Shown: positions 12,143-23,754 of the stretch, piece after piece
Position numbering within the stretch: the first letter of the stretch is position 1
Layout: every line of letters starts with the position of its first letter
NCBI GenBank assembly: GCA_014905635.1
Contig: CM026547.1
Location: 2,356,001 to 2,420,000 of the forward strand
Reading direction: 5' to 3'
Length of the DNA stretch: 64,000 nt
Origin: Scenedesmus sp. PABB004
Taxonomy: Eukaryota
Program-made: the position numbers and the translations under genes
Notes under the pieces: model-generated
Database searches by the model: none
The model's input: the letters and a program-made list of their open reading frames with translations, nothing else
What the model was told of the DNA's origin: nothing

Positions 12143-13641
12143 ATGGCAAGGACGGCGCCGCCGGCAGGGCGCCAGACCCAGCCGCACGCCAAGCAGCAGC
12201 AGCAGCTGGAGCAGCATGAGCAGCAGCAGGGGCAGGGCCGGCCGCGGCCGGGCAGCGGCGGCGCGGCCAGGCAGCGGCGGCGCTCCGCGCCGGCGGCGGC
12301 GTCGTGCCCCGTCGCGCGCCGCGTCTGCGCCGAGCTCGGCGCGGCGCGGCGGCGCGAGGCGCGCGCGCAGCTGGCGGGCGCCAGCGCGTTTGGCGGCCTG
12401 CTCTTTGTGGCCGGCGCGGTGCCGGCGGCGCTGCCGTTTGTGTTCCTCGTGTTTTTCGCCGTCGCCATGCCCCTGCGCGCCGCCGCGTTCTGGCGCTCCA
12501 GCGCGCGCTTCTACTTGCTGGACTTCTGCTACTTCGTCAACGCCGCCGTCGCGGCGGTGCTGCTGCTCGCGCCCGACGACCCGCGCGCCGAGGCGGCGGC
12601 GAGCGCGCTCGCCGACGGCCCGCTCGCCGGCGCGCTGGCGGCGTGGCAGTGCCCGTGGATCTGGGGCAGCGCCGAGCACACGGTCAGCGTGCTGATGCAC
12701 CACCTGCCAGGGCTCGCCCTCTACGCGCACCGCCACCACACGCCGCGCGCGCTGCGCGGCTGGCGCGGCCTCGCGCGCGCGGCGGCGGGGCTCGCGCGCG
12801 GGCAGCTGCCCCCGCTGGGCGCCGCGCCGGCGCCGCCGAGCCGCCCCGAGCACCTCGCGCTGTGGCTGGGCGCCGCGCCGCTCGTGTTCTACGCGGTGTG
12901 GCAGCTCCTGTACTTCCTGGCGGTGCAGGAGCGCGGCGGCGGCGCGGCGGCGGGGCGGGCCGTGGGGCGTGCCGCACGCGGCGTGCCGCGCGCCCCCGGT
13001 CGCCGGCGCGCCGCCGCCCGAGCCCCCGCCTCTCCCCCTCTCCCCTCTCTCCCGCCCGCACAGGTGGTCTGGCGCAGCTTCATCCTGTCGCACGGCTATG
13101 AGACCAGCTACACCTGCCTCGCAGCGCGCGCGGCTAAGACGAACAACTTTTGGAACCGCCTAGTGCGCCGCGGCAGCATCGCGCGGCGCTGCGCGGTCTA
13201 CGGCGCGCTGCAGCTCGCGTTCACGGTGCTGTGCCTGGTGCTGTTCGTGCCGACCTACCTCGACTGGCGCCTCGCCCTCCTCCTGCAGGCGCGCGCGCGG
13301 GCGGCGCGCAGCAGGGCGGGGCCGCCGCCGCCGCGCCGGCGCTCACCTCACCGCACGGCACACCACCGCAGGCCGCCAAGTTTGTCGTCCCGCTCTATTA
13401 CGGCTGCCGCTTTGCCGCGGTCAAGGCGCCGCAGCACGCGTTCCTCGATGGCCTGGCCGCCTTCAAGGCCATCGAGGCGGCGGAGCAGGCGGAGCAGGCG
13501 GCCGCCGCGGCGGGGGCGCAGCACCCGCCGCAGCACCAGGCGCAGCCGCGGCGCGGCGGCGCGGCGCGGCGCGCGTGCGCGGCGGAGGCGGTGCCGTGCA
13601 GCAGCTGCGGCGCGGCCGCGCCGCGCGCGGTCGCGGCGTGA
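12143..13641 (+). CDS. GPC1: Glycerophosphocholine acyltransferase (GPC1/DUF2838 family); 3 exons
   Basis: Motifs FYLLDFCYFVN, GPLAGA..W, SVLMHHLPG, WQLLYF and TSY; multi-TM protein. Introns ~12923/12929-13063 and 13289-13371 (GC-AG). Confidence 0.85.
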
Positions 13642-13765
13642 GCGGCCGCCCGGCGCTGCCGCCGCCGCCGATCGCGCTCTGCAAGCGGCGCGGCGAGCAC
13701 TCTGTGCGGCGCAACGTGCGAGTGTTACCGCCGGCCCGCGCGCGCGCCCGGGAGCCCGGGCCCCC

Positions 13766-16635
13766 TCACTTGACATCGTACAGCCCCGCCAGCGCGTGCA
13801 GCACGTACAGCTCCTGGCTGCGGCTGTACAGCGGGTGGCGCTCCAGCACGGCGACGAGGTCCTGCAGCTGCAGCTCGCGCAGCCGCTCGTCGCCGTCGCC
13901 CACAACCGCGCCGCCGAGGCTGCCCGCCACAAACGGCTTGACCGCGGGCACGCCCGTCGTCGGCAGGAGCTGGTGCTGCAGCGACACCGGCTTGAGCGGC
14001 GGCACGCTCGGGCCGGCCGCCGCCGCCGCCGCCGGCTGCTGGCCGGCAGCGGCCGGCGCGGCGGCCGCCGCCGCAGCCGCAGCCGCAGCCGCCGCCGCCG
14101 CTGCTGCGCCGGCCGCAGCGTCCGGCTCCGCCGTGGGCGCGGGCGCGGGCGCGTCGGCCGGGGGGTCGCCGGCGCCGCCGGCGCCCGCCGCCGCGGCCTT
14201 GGCCTGCTGCAGCTCCGGCTTGGTGAAGCCCGCCTTGGCGCCGCCGCCCGCGCCGCCGGGGCGGCCGAGCGCGGCCATGGTGAAGTTGCGGCGCCCGATG
14301 CCCATCTTGGTGAGCGTGCTGCCCAGGTTGTTCTGCTGCTGCTTGAGCAGCCGCTGCGCCTGCGCCTCCTTGGCCTTGGCGCGGTCCTCGTCAGCGATCC
14401 TGCGGGCGCGGCGCCGCGCCGCGTGGCCCCCGTCAGAGCGACGGCGGCGGGGGCGGGGGCGGCCGCGGCCGCGGCCGCGCGGGCGGTCGCTCACTTCTTG
14501 CGGCTGTGCAGCAGGCGCTCCTTGGCCTCGGCCTCGCGCTCCTTGCGCGCGCGCGCGTCGGCGGCCTCGCGCTCCCGGATGTCGTGCAGCGCGCCGTGCA
14601 GCCGGTCGTCCAGCTTCTCGCGCCCCGCGTAGTTCCTGTCGGGGCGGCGGCGGGGCGGGGCGGCGGGGGCTTGCAGGCCCGGCCCGGCGCGCGCGCAGCG
14701 GGTGCGCACTGCCCGCGGGCCGGCCCCGCCGCGCGGCGCGGCGCACTCACTTGCCGAGGTCCTCCCGCTGCAGCCGCATCTTGACCAGGCCGTGCAGCAG
14801 CTGGCCGAGGTGCGCCTCGGCCGCGAGGCAGAGCGCGCGGTAGACGTCGGCCTCCACGTGCCGCACGCCCGCGCGCTTCGCCGCGGCCGCGACGAGCTGC
14901 AGCACCGGCCCAGGCGCCAGGATGAACTCCTCCTGCGCGGCCGCGGGCGCGCGGCGGTGGGCGGCGGCGGCCCGGCGCGGCTGGCGGGCGCGGCCCGGCG
15001 CGGCTGGCGGGCGTGGCGCACGCCCCCGGCGGGCGCGGCACACACAAGCGCGCCCGCGCAGCGCGCGCGCGGTCACCTGCACGTTGCCCTGCTCCACCAC
15101 GACCGCGCGCTTGGCCGACTCGTTGAGCGCGAGCTCGGCCTGCAGGTCGTCCGCGGCCATCACGTCCAGGGCCGTCATGCCGCCCGTGACGTCGTCGTCC
15201 ACCTTGCGCCGCGCCCCGCCCGCGCCCGGCCCCGCGCCGCCGACCTTGGCCGGCGGGCCGCCGCCCGGGCCGTCCTCGGCGCGCCGCTTCGCCGCGGCGC
15301 GCGCGGCGGCGGCGCTCGCACGCGGGAGCGCGTACCACGTCGCCGCGCCGGTGGCCTTGCTGGCGCACAGCACCCACTCGTGGCCGTCCGGCGGGTCGAC
15401 GCGCGGCGCCTCGTCCGGGCGCAGCTGCGCGAGGTGCGACTGAGCGGCGAGCTTGGCGCGCACCGCGGGCGTCTGCCCCGCGCCCGGCGCGCCCGCCAGG
15501 CCGGCCCCGAGCGGCCCGCCCATGAGCGCGCCGGGCTGCCCCGGTCGCGCGGCGAGGCCCGCCAGCCCGCCGGTGGCGAGCGGAAGGCGCTGCCCGGGCC
15601 GCGGCTGCGCCGCCGCCGCCGCGGGGTCGAGCGCGCCGCCGGCGAGGTTGCCGGACGAGCCCGACGACGCGAGGCCCGGCGCCTTTTGGGGCGCGGCCGG
15701 CGGCGCGGCGCCGGGGCGCCGCGCCGCGCCGCCCGCCTGGCGCTGCAGGTGCTGCTGCTGCAGCTGCTGCAGCTGCTGCAGCATCGCCGGGTTGACCAGC
15801 ATGGGGCCGTTGGGGCCGGTGATGATGGAGCCGCCCATCTTGCCCGCCGCCAGGTGCGCCGCCAGCAGCTGCTGCTGGGCCTGCGCCTGCGTGGCGGCTG
15901 CGCCGGCGGCCTGCTGCCCCGGCGCAGGCGACACGGTGCGCGGCTGCTGCTGCTGCTGTTGCAGCAGCTGCTGTTGCTGCAGCAGCTGTTGCTGCTGCTG
16001 CTGTTGCTGCAGCAACTGCTGCAGCTGCAGCTGCTGCTGCTGCGCCTGCTGCTGCTGCTGCCGTGCGGCCTGCTGTTGCGCCGCCGCGGCTGCGTTGGCG
16101 GGCGCCTGGTACGGCCCGCCCTGCTGCGACATCGCGCCGGCTGCGGCGCTGCCTGCCGCTGCCGCGGGCGCCTTGCTGCCGGGCTGCGGCTTGCCCTGCG
16201 CGGTGCGGCGGCGCCAGCGGTGGCGGCGAGAGGGGCCCGTCGGCTCGCCTGCCGCTGCGGCACGGCCGCGGCTGCACTCGGCCCCGCTCGGCGTGCCCCG
16301 CGCACCTGTTGAACGAACGCCTCCTGCGCGTCCCGCAGCACCTCCTCGGGAATGACCCTCACAAACTCGGCGTACGCCTGGTTGCCCGAGCAGCCCTGCG
16401 GGCGCGCAGGCCGGCCGGATCGCACGCGTACGCGCGCAGCGGCGGCCGCCACGCGCGCCGCTGGCTCTGCCCGCGCGCTCGCGCGCCCCGGCCCTCGCCG
16501 CCGCCGTGCGCGCACGTTGGTGCGCTGGAACCAGTCGCTGACGGTGGGCCGGTAGGCCGGGTGGCGCTGCACCAGGAACGCGATGAACGCGGCGGAGACT
16601 AGCTCATCGCGGGACAGCAGCAGCTGCGTGCCCAT
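13766..16635 (-). CDS. TAF4: TFIID subunit 4-like; 6 exons
   Basis: N-terminal RST-like helices, Q-rich region, histone-fold segment (DVMAADDLQAE...VEADVYRALCLAAEAHLGQLL) and C-terminal conserved motif LQDLVAVLERHPLYSRSQELY. Confidence 0.8.
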
Positions 16636-17134
16636 CCCACCGCATCATTCGCCGCCCGCCGGCAAACGCACGCGGAGAAGGTGCTATGGATCTTCAAGCG
16701 CCAGAGATCGGCCGTTCGTGGCGCCAGGGTGCCGGGCTGCGGCCCTGCAGCCGCGAGATGGGATGCCGAGGCGCCCAGGCCTCCCCGTCGCGCACGGGGG
16801 CCGGCACGGCGCGGGCGCGCCGCCGTTCGCACGCGGCGATCTCTGTGTCACGCTGCGCGGACTGGGGACGCGCAAGGGGGGTTGCTGAGGCCGGCAGCCC
16901 GATGTTGGGCTCAACAGCAGCAGCGCCGCCGCCGGGCAGGCGTCGCAGACGATGGGGGCCCAGGCCCGGCGGGCAGGGGTCTGCCGGGATGCCCGCGCCG
17001 TCCAGGGCAGAGCGGCGGCGGCTTAGTGTGCTGCGCCGCGCGCGATCCGAGCGTGGACGGGCCGCGCCAAGTTGCACGCGCGGCGCGCTGCGCCTGCAGC
17101 TGCCCGCCCGCGTGCCGCCCCGCGCGCCGCCGTC

Positions 17135-17842
17135 TCAGCTGCCGCCGCCCGCGCCGCCGCCGCTGCCGCTGCTGCCGCCGCCCGCGCCGCCGCTGCCGAA
17201 CAAGCTGCCCTTCATGCCGAGCTTCTTCAGCAGGTCGTCGCACTGCTGCAGCACCTCGGTCTCCTGTGTGCGTGCGTGTGCGCGGGGGCGGGCGTGGGCG
17301 CCTCGCCGCCGGTGCGGGGGGTGGGCGAAAGCTGCACGCCGCGCGGCGCGGCACGCACGAGGTCGCCGAGGTGCTCCAGCTCCTCCACCGCCGCGCGCAC
17401 GGCCTTGCCCAGCTTAGTCTGGCCGTTCATCGCGTCCGCGTAGCCGCCCGGCACCTGCGGCGCAGCGCGCCCCGCCGCCGCGCGTGACGGGGCCGGGCGC
17501 GTCGCCGCGAGCCCCGCGCGCTCGCTGCGGCCGCGCGCACCTCAAAGTCCTCCTCCGGCAGCAGGCCCTCGTCGGGGGGCTGCTGCGCCTGCGGACGGGC
17601 GGACGGCGCGTGTGTGAGCGGCGGCGCCGGCGGCGGCGGCAACGGCGGCGCCGCCGCACCTCGCTGCCGCTGGCCGCTGGCGGCTCCGCAGCCGCTGCGC
17701 GCCGCCAGACCGCCGCGCGCTGGGGCGTCCCGCCGCGGGCCAGGGCGGCGGCGCGCGGCGCGGGAGGGCGCCGGTGCTGGCGAGCGGCGGCGCGCGCCGC
17801 CGCCGCCGTGCGCGCGCCGCTGCGGGCGAGGGCGTGCGCCAT
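17135..17842 (-). CDS. Small hypothetical protein, probably plastid-targeted; 4 exons
   Basis: Transit-peptide-like N-terminus. Three clean GT-AG introns join ...EEDFE|VPGGYADAMNGQTKLGKAVRAAVEELEHLGDL|ETEVLQQCDDLLKKLGMKGSLF, ending at TGA 17135-17137. Confidence 0.75.
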
Positions 17843-18075
17843 GGTCACAGCGTTCGTGGAGGCGGCGTGGGGCCGCTCCCAATTGGCCTCGGCAGGGCGC
17901 TGCTGCGCGGCAGCGGCGCTTGCAAACCGCGCCCGCCCGCCGCGCGCCCTGCGCCCGCCAGCGACGTCCCGCGCGTGTCCGCAGACCGCGCGCCTCCCGC
18001 GCCCCGCAGGACGATGATGGCGACCGCCGGACGTCCGGCGCGGCCGCGCGCGCACTCGCGCGCGGCGCAAAGCGC

Positions 18076-19107
18076 ATGAAGCGCCCCGCCTCCGCCCAAG
18101 ACAGCTCCACCGCGCCGGCAGGCAGCTCCGGCGCGTCGCCGGCCAAGCTGCGGCGCAGCGGCGGCGCCGGCGCCGCGAGCCCCAACAGCAGGAGCAGCGG
18201 CGGCGCCGCGGCGCCGCCCGGCGGGAGCGGCGGGGCGATGCAGGCGGCGGCCTGCCGCGTGCTGACCCGGGGCCAGCAGCAGGCCCGCGGGGAGGGCCCG
18301 CCGGGCGCCGGCCGCCTGCAGGCGCAGCAGCAGGAGGGGAAGGACGCCAACGCGCGCGGCGGCGCGCCGGACGCGGCGGCGAAGCAGCAGCTCCTGCAGC
18401 TCGTGCACCCGAGCCTGCAGCGCCACGGCGGCGTCAAGGCGGCGGCAGCACATGAGCAGCAGTCGCAGCAGCCGCAGTCGCAGCAGCACGCCGGGGGCGT
18501 CGCGGCGGCGGCGGCGGAGGCGGCGGCAGCAGGCCCGCGCGGCACGCCCCACCGGCGAGGAGAGGCCGGCGGCAGCCCGGCCGAGGCCAGAGCCAGCCCC
18601 GCCGCGGCCGAGCCACTCGGTGCGGCGGCGCCGGGGCCGGCCGACGACAAGCCCGCCGGCGACGCGGCGCCTCGGCGGCGCGTGCGCTTCGCGCCCGGCC
18701 CGCTGCAGCCGGGCGCGCACGCCAACGCGACGCACGACGGCCACCCGGCGAGCGAGTGCGCGCTGGCGGTGCCCGTGCGCCGCCTGCCCATGGCGCTGCC
18801 GGCGCACGACCTGACCAAGGGCAACGTTCTGGTGCTCGAGGGCCTGCTCGGCGAGGAGTCTGCGCAGAGCGTGGCGCGGCTGAAGCGTCGCGTGGGCCTG
18901 CTGCCGCCCATCAAGCCGCCGCGGCCGCACGCCAACGCGGTGCCCGCGCCGGCGCCCGCGCCCGCGCCCGCGCCCGGCGGCGGCACGCGCCTCGGCGCGG
19001 CGGTCGCGTCGGCGGTGGGCAAGCTGAAGCTGCCCGGCCGCGCGCGCGCGCTCGTGGGCGTGGCGGCGGCCCCGCCGCCGGGCAAGCAGCCGCCGCGGGG
19101 CGGCTGA
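18076..19107 (+). CDS. Hypothetical low-complexity protein, single exon
   Basis: ATG-to-stop ORF of 343 aa with coding-like segment HDLTKGNVLVLEGLLGEESAQSVARLKRRVGLL and basic N-terminus (MKRP...PAKLRR). No recognisable family. Confidence 0.55.
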   Translation: MKRPASAQDSSTAPAGSSGASPAKLRRSGGAGAASPNSRSSGGAAAPPGGSGGAMQAAACRVLTRGQQQARGEGPPGAGRLQAQQQEGKDANARGGAPDAAAKQQLLQLVHPSLQRHGGVKAAAAHEQQSQQPQSQQHAGGVAAAAAEAAAAGPRGTPHRRGEAGGSPAEARASPAAAEPLGAAAPGPADDKPAGDAAPRRRVRFAPGPLQPGAHANATHDGHPASECALAVPVRRLPMALPAHDLTKGNVLVLEGLLGEESAQSVARLKRRVGLLPPIKPPRPHANAVPAPAPAPAPAPGGGTRLGAAVASAVGKLKLPGRARALVGVAAAPPPGKQPPRGG

Positions 19108-19604
19108 GACGGGCAGGCAGGACAGGCAGCGGCAGCGACAGGTAGCGCAAGAGGGGGGAGGCCGCACATCCGCCTGCGCGCGGCAGCGGCTGGGCCTGCT
19201 TGCGGTGGCGCGGCGACGCGCCCCCACCGCCCAAGCGGCGCAGCGTCTGACCCGCCTGTGTGTCTGCGCGCGCGCGGGGTGCGTGTCGTGTTTTTCAAGT
19301 CGCGAGTGAGTGCGCGCCGCCGCGCGGCGGCCGCCGCCGCCACGCCATGGTGCGCCGGCGAGGTGTTTGGGGGCCACCGTCGTCGATCTGTCGAATAATT
19401 CTGCGCCGGCCGGGGCGCCGCGCTCGTGTACAGCAGCGACTCGACTCAAGAGGTGGTGGTCGTGGGTCCCGGTCGTGTGACGCGGTTTGAGCCGTTGTGA
19501 CGAACGACGTCCGCAGGCAAGACTTGTGCGCGCCGCGGCTGCCCCATTCTCTCTCTCTCGCCGCGATGTAGCCAGCTGGCGCAGCTGGCGCAGCGCGATC
19601 GATC

Positions 19605-19989
19605 ATGATGGACATCGATGCGCGCGCCGCCGACCGCACCGCGCGCGTGTGCAGCGGCAACGCGCGCGCGGCCGACGCCTCAGCCGCCGCCCGGTCCTGC
19701 GCGGCGGGGCTGGTGGAGTTTGCGGGCGCGCGTCGAGCTGCGCTGGAGCTGGCGCGGCGGCACGGGCTCAGCCGCGCGCTGCCGGCGCAGGACGCAGCTG
19801 TCGCACTGCTCGAGCAGCACGGCGACCGCGTGCGGCGGGTGTTTTTCGGTGCGGATGCGCGCTGCGCGCGCGGATGCGCAGAAGCTGTGCGCCGCGCCTC
19901 AACAATCGCCGCCGCTGCTGGCGCTGCTGTTGCCGCGCAGACGCGCCGGACATCGCCGCGGCTGGCCAGGACGACCAGGGCAGCGGCCG

Positions 19990-20057
<68 letters not shown>

Positions 20058-23000
20058 GCGGCCCTGCGGCGCCGCCGCCGCCGCCGCCCCGCCGCCGCCG
20101 CCGTCGCTTCCGGGGCGGGCCAGCTCGTTGCCCAGCGCCGGCGCGCCGCGGCCGCCGCCGCCGCCGCCGCCGCCCGCTGCACTGCGGGGCGGCGGCGGCA
20201 AGCCTGCGCCACCGCCACCGCCGCCGCCGCCGCCACTCGCGGGGCAGCTGCGAGCGGTGCAGGCCGGGAAGCAGCACCAGCAGCAGCAGCCGCCGGCGCA
20301 CGCGCCCAGGCCGGCGGGCGTGGCGTCGCTGGCCGCGGCCGCGGCGGCCGCGGCGGCCGCCGCCGCGCCGGCCGCCGCGCCGGCGCCCGAGGCCGAGGGC
20401 GCCGGCGCCGGCAAGCTCAAGGCGCTGCACGTCGACCCCGTGCCGCAGAGCCGGCTCTCGCCGGGCACGTTCTGGCGCGTGGCCGACCCCGTGGCGCAGC
20501 CGTTCAAGGGGTCGATGGAGTACATGCTCGCCGCCATGTTCAGCGACGCGCCGCGCCGCCGCACCGACACCAGCCCGCGCGGCGGTGCACCGGGCGCGCC
20601 CAGTGGCGACGGCGCCGGCGGCGCGCCGGGCGCGCCGGGGGTGGTGCGCTGCGCGGTCGTGGGCGAGAAGCGCGCGCTGCACGTGGAGGTGGTGCTCAAG
20701 CGCCTGCGCATCACGCCCGCGTCGCTCGCGGACGCCATCGACCGCCTCACCGACGCGCTCAAGGCACGCCGCGCGCGCCCGCGCGCGCGGTGCACGGGCC
20801 GCGGTGCAGCGCGCCGGGGGCGACGCCGACGCGCGCCGCCGCCCCGCCGCCCCGCGCCGCGCAGCCGGACGACCTGGCAGCGGTGCGGTCCATCCTGCCC
20901 AAGCCGGAGGAGCTGCAGGCGGTGCGGAAGGCCAAGGCGGCGATGGACAGCGCCGCAGCGGCGGCGGCGGCGGCCAGCCCGCGCACGCCAGGCGCGTGCG
21001 CCGGCGGCGGCGAGGCCGCTGCGCCGCGGCTCGGCGTCGTGGAGGAGGCGTTCTGGGCGCTGGGCGGCGTGGAGCAGCTGCAGGCCAAGATGCGCGCGCT
21101 GGAGTACCGGTGACCGCCCGCGCAGCACGGCGCGGCGCGGCATGGCCCCTCGGGCCCCCCGCGCCAGGCTCACTCACGCGGCGTGCCGCCCGCGCGGCCG
21201 CGTGGCACAGGTACGACGTGGACGCGATCGGCGCGGCGGTGTCCGACTACGTCGCGGACGTCGGGGCCGCGCTCGACGCGCTGCGCTCGGGGTCGCTGCA
21301 GACGCTGCTCGCCTTTGTGCGGGACGTGGCAAACACGATGAACGCCGGCCGCCCGGGCGGCGGCGGCGGCGCGCTCGCGGGCTTTGAGCTCAAGAGCCTC
21401 GGCCGCCTGCAGGCGCGGCGCTGCAGCGCGCAGCGCGCCGCCGGCGGTGCCCGCGCTTGGCGCGGCATGCCGCGCGGCTCACGCTGCCGGCACGTTGCCG
21501 TGGCGTGTGGCGTGCGCAGTCGACTCGCATGTCTGGCGCCACCGACCTGAGCCTGCTGCACTACATCGTGGCCCACCTCAGCGCGGTGCTGCCCGGCGTG
21601 CTGTGTCTCGATGCGGAGCGGGAGGCGCTCCGGGTCGCGTGCAAGCGCGGGCCGTTCGACGCTGGTGTGTGCGCGCGCGCGCGCGCGCCGCGAGGCGGGG
21701 CGGGCCCGCACGCCGCGCGCGCGCACCGCGGCCGGTGCGCTGAAGGCGCGCCCCTCGCCGCCGCCCTGCCCGGCCGCCGCCCGCCAGTGTCGGCACGCAT
21801 CCGCGCGCTGCTGGACGTCCAGAAGCGGCTGCAGGCCGACCTCGCGCGCGCGCGGGACGCCCCGCGGGCGGCGGCGCCGGCGGCGGCCCCCGCGACGCGC
21901 AGTACGCGTCGCGCCTCGCGGCGCTGCTGGAGGGCGCTGCGCCGCGGGTCGAGGCGGCGCGGAGCGCGCTGGAGGGGCTGGTCATGCGCTTCCGCTGGAC
22001 CGCCGAGTTTTTCAGCGAGGACGTGGGCAGCGGCGGCCCCGCGTGGCGGGCCCAGCCCACGGCGTTCCTGCAGCACTTCACCGACCTGCTGGAGGGCCTC
22101 GCCGCCGCGGCGCGCGAGCGCGGGCGCGTGTCGCGCGTGACGGCGATGCTGGCGCAGTATGTCGAGGGCCAGCAGCTCACCGCGCGCCTGCAGGACCAGA
22201 TCGCGGCGCTCGCGGTGGAGCAGGCGGCCGAGCTCGCCGTGCACGAGGCCTCCGGCACGGTGGGCGCCGCCGACGACGGCGCGGCGTGCAGCGCCGCGGA
22301 GGGCGGGGGCGACGCGGCGCGCCTCGAGGGCGGGTCGGCGGTGCTGGCTGCGCAGCAGCTGCTGCTGCGGCGCCACGCCGCGAGCGACGCGGACGCCGTC
22401 GGCGCGGCGGCGCCCGGCCAGCCGCCGCGCAGGTCGCCGCCGCGTGTGCCGCCGCTGCCGCTCGCGGCGGTGCTGCCGCCGGCCGCGCAGCTCGGCGGCG
22501 AGGTGTCCTGGGGCTCTGAGCCCTGCCCCAGCAGCGGGGGCAGCGGCAGCGCGAGCACGGGCCTCAGCACGGGCAGCTCTGCCGGCACCGCGGAGCACCC
22601 GGAGGCGCCCACGTCGGCGGCGCGCGGCGGCAGCCCGCTGCGGCAGCCCGACTTTGATGATTATGGCGCCGAGACGGGGGCAGCCCCGGCGGCAGCAGCG
22701 CGGTGGGCGGCAGCAGCGCCAGCGCGCCGCTTGCCAGCCGCACGGGGGGCCAGAGGGCGGCGTGGCGGTCAGCCGCAGCCTCGACAGCAGCATTGCGGCG
22801 ACCCCTGGGCGGCGAGCGAGGGCGGCGCAGAAGCGCTCGGCGCGGCCTCGCCGCAGGAGGGCCGCAGGGCGGCGCCACGCAGCGCTGGCAGCACCAGGCC
22901 GCCGGCCGGAGCCGTCGCCAGCAGCGCCAGCCTGCGCGGCCAGCGCCAGCGGCTGCACCTGCGCCAGGCGGTGGCGGCGCAGCCGTCGCCCGTCAAGCCC

Positions 23001-23228
23001 GGCGCCGGCGCCGCAGCAGCCGCCGCAGCAGCCGCCGCCGCGCTGCAGGCGGGGCGGCCGCGCTCGGCGTCGCCCGCCAAGCCGTCGCCGCAGCAGCAGC
23101 GGCTCGAGGCGCTGCGCCTGCGCGGCAAGCGCAGCCCCGCCAAGGCCGCGCCGGCGGCCGAGGCGGCCGGCGGCGGCGACGCGCTGCTGCGGCTGCTGCA
23201 GAGCGACTCCGAAGAGCTCAGCGAGTGA
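19605..23228 (+). CDS. Formin-like protein (poly-Pro FH1 + FH2); about 6 exons, 2 apparent frameshifts
   Basis: Poly-Pro tracts, then FH2 motifs KLKALHVD..TFW, KRALHVEVVLKRL, LPKPEE, NTMNAG...AGFELKSLGRL and SLLHYIV. Frame breaks at 20087-20090 and 21860-21863. Confidence 0.85.
19994..20053 (+). repeat. (CAG)20 microsatellite, poly-Gln in formin
   Basis: Read directly from the sequence. Confidence 0.95.
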
Positions 23229-23294
23229 CCGCGACGGCTTGGCCGGATCGGACCGGGGACTGTACATCAGCCGCGTGACCTTCTGTGTGCTCCC

Positions 23295-23299
23295 TGTAA
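23295..23299 (+). promoter_or_regulatory. TGTAA polyadenylation signal of the formin gene
   Basis: Chlorophyte UGUAA signal about 67 nt after the stop codon; the motif is rare in this GC-rich window. Confidence 0.6.
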
Positions 23300-23754
23300 T
23301 CGCCGCTTTGCGGGGCGCGTGGGTCGGGGCGCGGCGCCCTGCGCGGGGCGGACGGCCGGCGGCGCGCGTGCGTGCGCGGCGGGCGCGCGTGCGCGCGGCG
23401 GGCGCAGGGCCGGAGCCGCGGCCGCGGAGCCCGCCGTGGCGCTGTCACGAGCTCCTGGGCTGGGGAGCGTGCCCTGGGGCGGAAACACGATGGCAGTTAC
23501 TCGCCGGCGGGCGTGCGGGCACGCAACGGCGGCGCCGCCTCGGGCCCTCCGCGCGCGCCGCGCCGCGCCCAGCGCTTCGGCAGGCTCCCCCACCCCCCGC
23601 CGCGGCAGGCGCCCCGCCGCGCCGCACCACGCGCGCGCCCCGACCCCGCGCCTCGCGCACTGCGGCCCCGCGCCAGCCACCCGCGCGCCGGCGCCGCACC
23701 ATGTGAGCGGCTGCCAGTAACTTAGACCAGTCGATACGCGGCGCGAGGGGCGCC

